NCBI GenBank assembly: GCA_002269645.1
Contig: NIVC01003755.1
Span: forward strand, 14,610 to 78,609
Reading direction: 5' to 3'
Source of the DNA: Macrostomum lignano
Lineage: Eukaryota
Length of the DNA: 64,000 nucleotides
In this document: one piece after another, positions 47,623-60,200 of the stretch
How the letters are laid out: each line of letters opens with the position of its first letter
Position numbering within the stretch: the stretch's first letter is position 1
Notes under the pieces: model-generated
The model's database searches: none
Told to the model about the DNA's origin: nothing
What the model saw: only the letters and a program-made list of their open reading frames with translations
Translations under genes and position numbers: made by a program

Positions 47623-50600
47623 ATGCTCCAAGAACGACTTCTACGCTTCCTCTCTATATGTGTACTGCTTGGGATCATAGTATTTTCAGGGCTCAATCAG
47701 GTAAGTGAACTCACAATTTCATCTTATGGTGTCAATTATGGATTACAAGAGGTATAGGTTATCGAAAATCTTCTCTAAGTCTAACGCCTCAGCCAAGTGA
47801 TGATACCAGCATAAGCTAAGGGGCTGTAGCCTAGTGGTTAGAACGTCGGACTCATGACTGAGAGGTCACGGGTTCGATTCTCGACCCACTCGGAACAATT
47901 TGTGTCCTTGAGCAAGACACTTGACTCTGAACTACTTCAGCTCACCCAGCTGTAAAATGGGTGCCAGCATTAGCTGGGGTAATTGAGGGTGTGTGTGGCG
48001 ACCCCCCAGTCCTTGGACTGAACAGCCGTACGCAGCCTTCAGATGCACCGCACAATAGCTGCGGCTGAGCTGTCGGTTGCACATCAGGCCATTAGGGCAG
48101 GTGTAGGCAATTATTATTATTATTAGCATAAACAACTAGGATGTTATGTCAACTTATGTCTGTAGAACAGGACGAAAGAAAAGCTGTTCCTATATGTCTC
48201 TAAGGTATTTTTCGATGCAAGTTTTTCTCTGAACAGATGTTCTAGTTCAGGAGACGGCCAACTCCGACCCATGCAGCCCGCGAAGTCTCTCTATCCGGCC
48301 CTCAGGTCCTTTGAAACTTCACAATAGCAATACGACCCGCTGAAGGTTTGTGACTATTCTCAGCTCTCTTCTCTCTAATCTCCAGCTCTCTCTTCTTTTC
48401 TCTCCTCTCCTCTCCCTTCTCTCCCGTCCTCACTCTCTCCTCTCTTCTCCTTTATTCCCTCTTCTCTCTTCTCTACTTTGCTTCTCTATTTCAATAGAGA
48501 GACAGGCAATGTCTTCTCTATTTTTCCCTTCTATTTCCGGCCCACAGTCATGTTCTAGATTCTCTACCTGGGCTTGAAGCAAAAATGTTTGCCAAACCCT
48601 GTTCTAGTTCAAAGTCTATCAGCTGAGAGATAGTCAATTTAGTAAGGTAGAAAAATAACTCAGTCTTCAGAGAAAGACTGAATTCTGAAGTGCCAAGTCT
48701 TCTCACAGCGCTATACCGTGGTCCTCTTTGCTTACTTTACAAGAATCTACCTCTCTAGAATGAGGTCACTAAAACGAGTGTGAACGCAAATCCAGTAACA
48801 TAATTTCAGCAATTTCATATCCAACGCAAGAATGGAAGCCTGACAGCAGTTGAACCAAGTAACAGTTCAGGAGGCAGCTCCTCAGACTGCGGCCCGATTC
48901 CGCGCATACTGCACTACACTTTCTCCAGCGAGCATGCGTACTCAAACTACAAGGGATTTGTAAGCGATTGCCTGGCGCTGAATCCCGACTGGCAGGTCTA
49001 CCTGTGGCGGGACGCCGACGCGGAGCGCCTAATTAAGGATCACTATCCTGACTTTGCGGCCAAGTTTGCCAGCTATCGAGGCGACTTGCAAAAGTCTGAC
49101 GCCATTCGGTACGCTGTGCTGCATCGATTCGGCGGTGAGTCTGGGGCGGTGGGGGGCGGATTTGTCAAATGTTTTTCAAAAGTGTCAGTCTCATTGTAAA
49201 CAAATTCCCGTTTAGAAAACGTTACCGTGACCAGAATCGCTAAAGAGTGATTGCAAACAACTCACTTGTTACTCTAGGGAGTCTGGGGCCACTCTTGTGA
49301 CTCTTTAACGATTCAAACAACTGTAATGCGACGGAGAGGCGACTGTTTAGTCACGAGCACCTCAAGTGAGTTGCATGATCGCAAGAGTCGCGAAAAGTCG
49401 TTGGGTTAGCGCTTAACTTTCTACTAACCCAAGTAGACTGAATAGAGTTGTCATAAATGCAAAATGCGATTCTAATTCATAAAGTGGCGCAGGTGCGCTT
49501 TAGACGCAACTCAGTGATGCTACAGCGACTCCAGCACGTCTCAAATACGAGTCTTTTTCAGACTTGCAGACAATAAAACGCTTAAATTGATTCTTAGGCT
49601 ACTTTCTTGGCAACATCTCGTCGTTTTAGACTCCTCTAGAGTCAACGTTCCTATTTTACCTGGGTTACCTGTAACGACTTTAAAACGACTCTGGGGCGAC
49701 GCAAGGGACGCCTCTTGGCCTGGGTACCGTTTTCATCAGGACTTTTCAGATTTTACTGCTAACGTATTTTCTTGATACGACTATTTATACTACTAGTAGA
49801 GCATTGAATAAAAGTTTGTTATAATTAATTTTATGCATGCAATAGTCAGCTATTTTTACTGTAAGTAAGGTATCAAGAAAATGCTAGGTACTGTAGGCCT
49901 AAAGCAGTTTTTGAGTTCTGACTTGACGCACAAGCTGGAATTTCTATATAACAATCAGTGCTTAGCCGTTTTGCGCAAGCTATAAAAGATTTAGCACTTA
50001 GTTGCACTCGGCTAGCAACCTCCAAAAATTAGGATAAGACTTTAACCCAGTAGTGTACTTGCTTGTTCCTCACTGATCAATAATGGATCTCTATCTAATT
50101 TCACGAGTTCAAACTCCTCCAGGCGTGTATCTGGACATGGACGTGAAGTGCCTTCAACCGCTGTTTCCCAGGCTAAAAAGCTACGCAGCATTTGTTGACC
50201 GGGAACGCTGGGAGCAGTCAATCAACCTGTTCGGCATGCCGCTGCTGCTGATGAACTCCGCCATGGGATCCGCGCCCGGGCATCCGTTCTTTAAATACGT
50301 CCTGGAAAAGCTGAAGAACATGCACGGACACATTCCGCTGTGGACTACGGGTCCGAAGGCCCTAACAGGCATCTACTACAACTGGCTGAGCTCGCAGCAG
50401 GCAAAGCAAGCATCGGCCGTAAAGGTGCTGCCCTCGCAGGTGTTCTCCGGCAGTGTTGATCAAAGCAATCCTGGCCTATGGTCGCCATGCAAGAAGTACC
50501 CGCCAGAGTGTGAGTGATTTGGCTCGTTTTAAATTGAGATTTTACAAAAATCGGTTTTGTCGATGTGGCGTGATATTCTACTGGCAAATCTGCAGGGTGT

Positions 50601-51911
50601 TGCGCACCTGCGCCATGGGTGAATAGATACCAAAGAAATCATGAACTCGCGCATAACTGGATCGCCAAAGTTCGGCTTCTTAATTTGTCCCAATCGTAGA
50701 CGACAAGCATAAGCGTACCTGATTCAGCCGCTGCGTGGCTAAAGCTTCAGTTTGTACTTTAGCATCGGGCATTTTTGCGACCCAACGGTTGATGTAGGCA
50801 CTGTCTAAGGTTGGAACAAAGAATACTATTACAGCTTTTTCGGGATCCAATTATGCTATTCATCCATGACCTGCGCATGTCTTACACCGTTCAGGTCTTT
50901 GGAAAGGAGCAGTTTGTAAAACTGTCTCTTGAATGCAATGCAGACTCAAGGACTACCAAAGGACGGGACGCTAGCTGCACTCGTAGAACGGTGTAAATTG
51001 TCTTGAAGGCCATTTTTGACAAGAACTGATTTAGATATATTCATAAAGATACATGTACTGCAAGCTACTGTCTCAGTCATAGTATCTGGGCAGACAGTAG
51101 TCATTGTGCAGACTTTTGTCTGGTTCACCGACGTCCGCGAGGATCTGCGGCTTCGTCGGCCGCGGACTTGCCTGGCCGGGCTGCCTAGCTTGTTCCTACT
51201 GACAGAGCGGTCCTGCGGTCGCCAGAGGGCGATCGCTGCTTTACAACGCTCCCAGATTTGGACACAACGGCAGCTAAACTCGTTCGATTATCATGTTGAC
51301 GCGGTGCGCTTCAAACTAGGCGACGAGAGAATTTCCAACGCGGTATTGGCGACGTGACTGGATCTGGGACGACACATCAACCGCGCCAAGACATACTGCA
51401 CACATGCAGCTTATGCAGGAGATGCTGCTGCTAATGCTGCAGACGCCCTACCGGATGGGATGCTGATCTTTTTAATGAACTAATCGTAATGTCTGCGTAT
51501 TGCTTAAGAAATTTTTTAACTTTACTTCTGTCATTTCCCCACTCTTAAGACGAAGGTATTCAATTCGACGAATAATTTGCAGAATTTCCCAACACCTTCC
51601 CCGCAGTCGGCTCCCGGACTCCAAGCGAGACGGAGCGGCACAAGCTGGCGGCCGAACTGTCCGGCTTCGATATCGACCGGCCGGACACGCACCGAGGCCG
51701 CGACCTGCGCCGGATGGCCTGCGCCAGTCTAGCGCTAACCAACTGGCGGCACAGTCTCCATGACAACCGGACAGTCGGGCTGCACATGTACCTGCACCTG
51801 GGCTACGGCTTCGGTGCGTCGCGGCGAGGTCCAAAGTTCAACCTTTTAACCAGCTTCCCCAGGATAAAACTGTACAGCACTGCAGCTGGGAATACGACAG
51901 CTCCCTGCTGA
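47623..51911 (+). CDS. GT32-family DxD glycosyltransferase (type II membrane protein), 4 exons, ~364 aa
   Basis: Exons: 47623-47700 (MLQERLLRFLSICVLLGIIVFSGLNQ signal anchor), 48810-49134 (IPRILHYT...NPDWQVYLWRD...KSDAIRYAVLHRFG), 50123-50509 (GVYLDMD...NSAMGSAPGHPFF...TTGP), 51607-51911. Phases are consistent and the total is 1095 nt. The last exon is the least certain. Confidence 0.85.
47820..48125 (+). mobile_element. tRNA-derived SINE, copy 2, in GT32 intron 1
   Basis: GGGGCTGTAGCCTAGTGGTTAGAAC (A box), GGGTTCGATTC (B box), GTGTCCTTGAGCAAGACACTT (CORE-like) and an (ATT)n tail. Confidence 0.88.
48355..48540. repeat. CT-rich low-complexity tract
   Basis: Visible polypyrimidine run. Confidence 0.8.
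51125..51460 (+). mobile_element. Decayed 3' fragment of the RTE-like LINE family in GT32 intron 3
   Basis: DVREDLRLRR...RQRA...KLGDERISNA...LLLMLQTPYRMG resembles DVRKDLRRRR...RQRA...KTGYERVTNA...LLLTLQAPYRRG. Confidence 0.7.
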
Positions 51912-51954
51912 GATCCCCATCTGGGATCGAACGATGGAATAGATCCTGCTCATG

Positions 51955-53760
51955 CTCATCGTGCCAAATACACCTGGCTGACTGTCCTGCCCTCGCCCCT
52001 AACTCAGAGCTGCTCACCATGCCAAATACACCTGGGTGACTTCTCCTGGCCCCGGAGCTGCTCACCATGCCAAATACACCTGGGTGACTCTCCTGCCCTA
52101 ACTCAGAGCTGCTCACCATGCCAAATACACCTGGGTGACTTCTCCTGGCCCCGGAGCTGCTCACCATGCCAAATACACCCGGGTGACTCTCCTGGCCCCG
52201 GAGCTGCTCACCATGCCAAATACACCCGGGTGACTCTCCTGGCCCCGGAGCTGCTCACCATGCCAAATACACCTGGGTGACTTCTCCTGGCCCCGGAGCT
52301 GCTCACCATGCCAAATACACCTGGGTGACTCTCCTGCCCTAACTCAGAGCTGCTCACCATGTCAAATACACCTGGGTGACTTCTCCTGGCCCCGGAGCTG
52401 CTCACCATGCCAAATACACCCGGGTGACTCTCCTGGCCTCGGAGCTGCTCACCATGCCAAATACACCTGGGTGACTCTCCTGGCCTGGAGCTGCTCACCA
52501 TGTCAAATACACCTGGGTGACTTCTCCTGGCCCCGGAGCTGCTCACCATGCCAAATACACCTGGGTGACTCTCCTGCCCTAACTCAGAGCTGCTCACCAT
52601 GCCAAATACACCTGGGTGACTTCTCCTGGCCCCGGAGCTGCTCACCATGCCAAATACACCTGGGTGACTCTCCTGCCCTAACTCAGAGCTGCTCACCATG
52701 TCAAATACACCTGGGTGACTTCTCCTGGCCCCGGAGCTGCTCACCATGCCAAATACACCCGGGTGACTCTCCTGGCCCCGGAGCTGCTCACCATGCCAAA
52801 TACACCCGGGTGACTCTCCTGGCCCCGGAGCTGCTCACCATGCCAAATACACCTGGGTGACTCTCCTGGCCTGGAGCTGCTCACCATGCCAAATACACCT
52901 GGGTGACTTCTCCTGGCCCCGGAGCTGCTCACCATGCCAAATACACCTGGGTGACTCTCCTGCCCTAACTCAGAGCTGCTCACCATGCCAAATACACCTG
53001 GGTGACTTCTCCTGGCCCCGGAGCTGCTCACCATGCCAAATACACCCGGGTGACTCTCCTGGCCCCGGAGCTGCTCACCATGCCAAATACACCCGGGTGA
53101 CTCTCCTGGCCCCGGAGCTGCTCACCATGCCAAATACACCTGGGTGACTCTCCTGGCCTGGAGCTGCTCACCATGCCAAATACACCTGGGTGACTCTCCT
53201 GCCCTAACTCAGAGCTGCTCACCATGCCAAATACACCTGGCTGACTCTCCTGCCCTAACTCAGAGCTGCTCACCATGCCAAATACACCTGGCTGACTGTC
53301 CTGCCCTCGCCCCTCACTCAGAGCTGCTCACCATGCCAAATACACCTGGGTGACTCTCCTGGCCTGGAGCTGCTCCCCATGCCAAATACACCTGGGCGAC
53401 TCTCCTGGCCCCGGAGCTGCTCACCATGCCAAATACACCTGGGTGACTCTCCTGCCCTAACTCAGAGCTGCTCACCATGCCAAATACACCTGGGTGACTC
53501 TCCTGCCCTAACTCAGAGCTGCTCACCATGCCAAATACACCTGGGTGACTCTCCTGCCCTAACTCAGAGCTGCTCACCATGCCAAATACACCTGGCTGAC
53601 TGTTCTGCCCTCGCCCCTCACTCAGAGCTGCTCACCATGCCAAATACACCTGGGTGACTCTCCTGGCCTGGAGCTGCTCACCATGCCAAATACACCTGGG
53701 TGACTCTCCTGGCCTGGAGCTGCTCACCATGCCAAATACACCTGGGTGACTCTCCTGGCC
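51955..53760. repeat. 45-50 bp minisatellite between the convergent GT32 and SKIV2L 3' ends
   Basis: Unit GAGCTGCTCACCATGCCAAATACACCTGGGTGACTCTCCTGGCCCCG and variants. Confidence 0.97.
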
Positions 53761-54034
53761 CCTGGCTTCTGCCCTACGTTTAAACATATTGTTGGAAAAT
53801 AAAAGTTAATAAATTAAAGTCTTTATGATGCTTTTACTTTTCTGCGAGTACTGAAGTAACGCACAAAGCAAAGACTTAAAGCCTTATTCTGAATTGTTTT
53901 CGAAAGACAGAACGCTGTTAAAACTGAGAACTTAGAAGCCAAGAAATAATACAGAGCAATATAATAAATAAGTTCATCATTAAAACATTACGGAAGTTAC
54001 GCTCGTATGAGTTATGAATAAGACTAATTAAGTA

Positions 54035-54212
54035 TCTGGGAGGGCAGGGACCCAGCCTGAGGATCTGAGAGGGCAAAGAATAAGCCCGGCTACGGATCTG
54101 GGAGGAAAGGAACCTAGCCTGAGGATCTGGGAGGGCAAAGACTGAGGATCTGATAGGGCAGGGACCCAGCCTGAGGATCTGGGCTGAGGACCCAGCCTGA
54201 GGATCTGGGAGA
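54035..54212. repeat. Short degenerate CTGAGGATCTG repeat
   Basis: About 7 copies of CTGAGGATCTG with variable spacers. Confidence 0.75.
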
Positions 54213-54240
54213 AATTGGCACAGACTGACGCATTGGCAGG

Positions 54241-57200
54241 TTAATCGTCTCTCAGAATGTGGCTGTCAACAGAATCGTCCAGGTACAGGCTGGCGGCGAA
54301 CACAATGTCCCGCTTGATCAACTGGCTGGCCGTCTCGAATTTCTCGCTCAACTGATTGGCTCCGATGACTCTGGCGGCGTTGCGGGCGTCCTTCAGCAGT
54401 TCGTCTAGGCGCTGAATGCAGCGCACAATGATGCCCTCCTGTTGGTCGGTGAGGCCGGCGATCTCGCGGAAACTGGTGCCTCTGTAAGGCAGTTAGCGAA
54501 ATCTGTTATTACAAATATGAATGATTACTAATGCTGTAAGCGTTTTACTGCCGACAATTTAGCCTCGTGAACCCCTACAATTAGCAATCAACTCACCTGG
54601 CCCATTCGTACACAACTCGCATGAGAGCTGGCCGGACACTGTCCGGGTCCAGGTCGGGCACCAGGCCCAGCTGGAATTCGCACTGCAGCGCCTGGGCCGA
54701 ATTGGCCGTGTCAATAACCCGATCGAGGGCCTCGCGCAGCGGCTCCGGCAGCTCGAGAAGCATGTCGGTTACGGGATCGCGGCCGCCGCCGCCGCCACGG
54801 CCGTCCTGTCTTGCCGACGCTGCTGAATTGGACGTTGACGGAGGCGGAGGCGGCTTGGCCTGCTGCAGGCGAGCCTCGCAGACGAAGCAGGAGAATAGAG
54901 AGGCCAGATGGGCCGGCTCCAGCTGGTCGAATGCGTTCTGAAACATCAGCTCGGTGATGAGGACGCACTGGCTGCTTAATTCGCAGGCTGCTTGGCCTTT
55001 CAGACGGACCTGGTCGTTTTGGCTGACGAATTCCATTTTGCGGAGCACCTGCCAGTCGGAGATTTGTAAGATTGCAGTTTTGAGCGGAATTGAAACTTGC
55101 GTATATCAAGTTTTGGAGTGCTGCTGGTAAAAGCATAGAGACTGTATTGGAGACTATAGCATGTGTACATTGGAGACCGTATAGCATGTGTACATTGGAG
55201 ACTGTATAGCATGTGTACATTGGAGACCGTTTAGCATGTGTACATTGGAGACTGTATAGCATGTGTACATTGGAGACCGTATAGCATGTGTACATTGGAG
55301 ACTGTATAGCATGTGTACATTGGAGACCGTATAGCATGTGTACATTGGAGACTGTATAGCATGTGTACATTGGAGACCGTATAGCATGTGTACATTGGAG
55401 ACTGTATAGCATGTGTACATTGGAGACCGTATAGCATGTGTACATTGGAGACCGTATAGCATGTGTACATTCGAGACTGTATAGCATGTGTACATTGGAG
55501 ACCGTATAGCATGTGTACATTGGAGACTGTATAGCATGTGTACATTGGAGACCGTATAGCATGTGTACATTGGAGACTGTATAGCATGTGTACATTGGAG
55601 ACTGTATAGCATGTGTACATTGGAGACTGTATAGCATGTGTACATTGGAGACCGTGTAGCATGTGTACATTGGAGACCATATAACACGTAAACGGTACAG
55701 AACGGCTCACAAGTGAAGAAAGCTCACCTGCAGACGCTGTTTATACTCGGCCAGATACAGCAGGCTATCATCAGACAGCTGATGCATAAGATGATTACGC
55801 TGCCAAATTAGCAGTTGACGCCGCAGAGCCTGGCTGAAGTGGGCGCTGAAGCCGGGACAGGCGAGGCACTCGTTGGCGAGGAGGCTCCGTCGGCATTCGG
55901 CCAGCCTCGCGAACAGCTGCGTCTGTAAGCATTAAAGGACAGGATTCAGTATGCAGTCAGATGTTGAAACGCGAGACAGCCTGCCCGCTGAAAATGTCTA
56001 TGGTCAAAAGCCCATTGATTCAGTGCAAAGCCAGCGGGCGGCACAAAAGGAAGTTTACTCCCGCCGAGACTATCTGTGGTAAATTCTAACATACTGCTAA
56101 TCACCCAAATAAATAGTCAGCTGAAAGAGTACGAGCGTAATCCAATGACTAGCCTAGCTTGGCTTTGACCATACAAGAACTGCGGCAATAGACATAGAGA
56201 ATGGAAATCGCAATCTTTGTCCCGTACATATCGGCGCTTGATGAGCCATTAATGAGCTAAAGCCATTTAAAGTTTATCTTAAGCATCAAATGATTACTTT
56301 TTCAGCTGACTATAGTAGGGCCTACTAAGCGATCACTGTCCCTAACTAGCAGCCCTTGTATGTACAAGCTGCAATGGGGGGCCGTAGCCTATTTGTCTAG
56401 CGCGGCGCTCTTTCGTGCCAGCGGCCCAGGCTCGATTCCAAGTGCAGTCACACTAATTTGGGGCTAAATTGAAACCTCGGCTCGGGCCAACCCTCAAGGC
56501 ACAGTGAAGTGTACATGCCTAGCGATAAATAAAGTTAGGGCCGCTGTACACTCCTGTGTGAGTGTGTGCCTGTGCGTATGACTGCGTACGTATCCGCGCG
56601 CTTGTGTGCCTGCTCAGGGGAGTCGGCGGAATGGGCAGTAATGCCTCTCGCCGGTTGTGTGACAATGTCGCTTAAAGTGCGCCAGGGTGCACACAGCCCC
56701 TGCCTCTTAGTAAAAAACTCATATAAAGCTGAATTCTTAGCCTGTATATCCAGTTGCCCTCGCAGACCGCGCACCTGGTCAATCTTTTTAAGTCCCATCC
56801 CGTCAACCGGATCGAGCAGCGGGGAGGGGGCGGCGGCGGCGTATCGAGACCGCAGCAGGTCAGCCAGCTCCTGGGCCACCTGGCTGACGGTCTGGCCGGG
56901 CGGCGAGTCGGCAAATCTGGGCAATTCTCGCCGTTTAAAATCGTCCAGCACCGCTCGGACGCTGGCCTCGCCGCGCAACGAGTTGGCCGTCTGTTGGCCG
57001 ACACCGTCAAGCCAGTCGGCTGCCGGCAGGTCCAGCAGCACCGGCTGAGGCTGCGCCGCCGGCTGGGCGAATTCAGTCTGGCAGACGGCGGCCAGAGGCG
57101 CAAATGACGTCGCCGTTGCCGATTGCGCAGTTGGCGGAGGCGGGGATGACGGCAGCGGGCCGAGCGTCAGCAGGCGCATGCGATTGCCGTCAAGCTGCAG

Positions 57201-60200
57201 CAGCACGCCAACTCGGCGAGTGCCGGGCTCGCCTGGCCAGGGCCGCATGACAATGAGCTGGCCTGGGCGGGGTCTGCAGAGTGGGGCAATGGGTTAGTGA
57301 GAACTTGTTTCAGCATCCTGTGCAGGAACCACGAGCATGCAAAAGTGCAGTCACTCCTCGAGGCATCCTTTCTGATCACCAGCTGGTTGATGAACGTCTG
57401 GCTTTGATGTACATTCGAAACTAGCATCAAAGACATTGCTAGATAGATTATACATTATATAAAAATGGTTATTTAGCTGCAATTTTAAGGGATCTGGGCC
57501 CTGTGGAATAGAGCAGTCGCATTAAGTTTTCAAGTTAAGCAGAGATGGGCGCGGTTAGTAGGCAGCTAAAATAGATGGGAATTTCCACCCTATCATGCCA
57601 GTACTGTACCAGCTGTACACAGCCCTCAGACAAACTCACCTGAAGCAGGTTAAAATCTCTTTGGTAGCCTGTTCGCGCAGCCGCTGGTGCTCCAGCAAGC
57701 CGGCCAGATAGGCATCCATAGCCGGACCGCCGCAGGCTCGGCAGGACGGCAGGCCGGCCTCAGCGATGTCGGCCTCAAGCTGGACAAGCTGGCGCTGCCT
57801 GTCCCCGGCCATGGCCTGGCTGCTGTCCTCGGAGAAGCTGCGACGAAGAACTTCTTCAACGCGCAGCGCCCGACCGCGCAGCAGGTTGAGTATCATGGCG
57901 TAGGTGACGCGAAATTTCGACTCGAGCTTAGTGGCCTTGCCCAGTGCCATGTGCTCCAGGGTGCCGGCGTCTGGCACTTCGGATTTGCACACCACAATAA
58001 CTGTGCCAGTGGCGTCCAGGCCTCTGCGGCCCGCCCGGCCGGCCATCTGAGTGTACTCGCCAGGCAGCAGAGGGCGCCTCTGCCGGCCATCATGCTTCAC
58101 CACAGTGTCGAATAGGACCGTCTTGGCCGGCATGTTGACGCCCATTGCGAATGTCTCCGTGGCGAATAGCAGCTTTACCTAATTTGCAGATCGGGGTCAG
58201 CTAAGGTCACGGCCCACTCCTCAGGCATCTGGTGTGTGCCCACCATCTCTGACTCTTCACCAGCTCACCAACATCTGATTCTCAATCAGCTACTTCCCAC
58301 CCTCTGACTCTCCGTGTGGCACTCCCCACCCTCTGACTCTCCATGTGCCACTCCCCACCCTCTGACTCTCCATGTGCCACTCCCCACCCTCTGACTCTCC
58401 ATGTGCCACTCCCCACCCTCTAACTCTCCATGTGCCACTCCCCACCCTCTGACTCTCCATGTGCCACTCCCCCACCCTCTGACTCTCCATGTGCCACTTC
58501 CCCACCCTCTGACTCTTCATGTGGCACTGCCACCCTCTGACTCTCCATGTGCCACTCCCCACCCTCTGACTCTCCATGTGGCACTGCCACCCTCTGACTC
58601 TCCATGTGGCACTGCCACCCTCTGACTCTCCATGTGGCACTGCCACCCTCTGACTCTCCATGTAGCACTCCCCAACCTCTGACTCTCCATGTGCCACTCC
58701 CACCCTCTGACTCTCCATGTAGCACTCCCCAACCTCTGACTCTCCATGTGCCACTCCCACCCTCTGACTCTCCATCTGCGAACAAGCTAGAACTGGCGCT
58801 CACCAGGCCCTTCTGGAAGAGCAGCTCCACAACCTCCTTGAGAATGGGCAGCACACCGCCGTGGTGCACCCCGAGGCCTTTAGCCAGCATGCGCTGAAAG
58901 AATTCAACCTGAGGCAGTTCCCGATCCTCAGGCCTTAATTTTGCCACTGCCATACGAAAGAATTTATACGTTCGATTCTTCTCCACTGCAGTATTGAGAT
59001 CGAGCTTCTGCAGTGCCGTCAGACTCTGCACCATCGTGTCAATGCGCTGCCTGTATTGGTTAATTTATGAAAATAGCTTTGAATGAAGACTAGGGAGAAA
59101 CAAAATGGATTCAATGTTTAGCAACTGAAGGTCTAGCAACCTTGAATTCAAACCACATGGAAGTCAAGCTATCTGAAAGTCAAGTTACCTGGAAGTCAAG
59201 TCACCTGGAAGTCAAGTTACCTGGAAGTCAAGTCACCTGGAAGTCAAGTCGCCTGAAATCAAGTCACCTGGAAGTCAAGTCACCTGGAAGTCAAGTTACC
59301 TGGAAGTCAAGTCGCCTGAAATCAAGTCACCTGGAAGTCAAGTCACCTGGAAGTCAAGTTACCTGGAAGTCAAGTTACCTGGAAGTCAAGTCACCTGGAA
59401 GTCAAGTTACCTGGAAGTCAAGTTACCTGGAAGTGAAGTTACCTGGAAGTCAAGTCACCTGGAAGTCAAGTCACCTGGAAGTCAAGTTACCTGGAAGTCA
59501 AGTCACCTGGAAGTGAAGTTACCTGAAAGTCAAGTCTCCTGGAAGTGAAGTTACCAGAAAGTGAAGTTACCTGGAAGTGAAGTTACCTGGAAGTCAAGTC
59601 ACCTGGAAGTCAAGTCACCTGGAAGTCAAGTCACCTGGAAGTCAAGTTACCTGGAAGTCACGTCACCTGGAAGTGAAGTCGCCTGAAATCAAGTTACCTG
59701 GAAGTCAAGTTACCTGGAAGTGAAGTTACCTGGAAGTGAAGTTACCTGGAGGTCAAGCTACCCTGCAACTCTTTCAGGTTCGCAATCGCAACTCTGATAT
59801 CCTGAGGATTAATGAAAAGCTCACAGATGCCATAAACTTGCCTAGAAAACATAAAAACAACAGCGGGCATGCCCTGCCGCTCTTTTAACATGCTAATAAC
59901 AGATAGCCACACGTTGCGCTCTGTTTTCGGATCCAAATGACCGCTAGGCCAGGCGCCCCATTTGGCGCCACCTCCGCCGGCGCCTCCGCTTGATTCGCGC
60001 TGTTTCTTAGCTAGCACAGCCGCTTCGTAGCCGCCAGTTCGTTGAAATTTACTTCTGGAATCAATGAATAGAAATAGCTCCTTGCTAGTGGCCGAGCTGT
60101 TGCCCGTGTACAGGTAGTGCTCAAGGGGAACCGGCCGCTTGCTTGTGCTAATCACGTAGATGTTGCGGCGCTTGATGGAGCCGACCCAGTTAGCAAACTG

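Noticed and set aside
49190-49780. GACTC/GAGTC-rich segment in GT32 intron 2
   Set aside because: Motif enrichment is suggestive, but no termini were found.
50595-50690. Extra GT32 exon after CTGCAG at ~50594
   Set aside because: The available donors are phase 0 and incompatible with the phase-1 last exon; direct 50509/51607 splicing keeps the frame.
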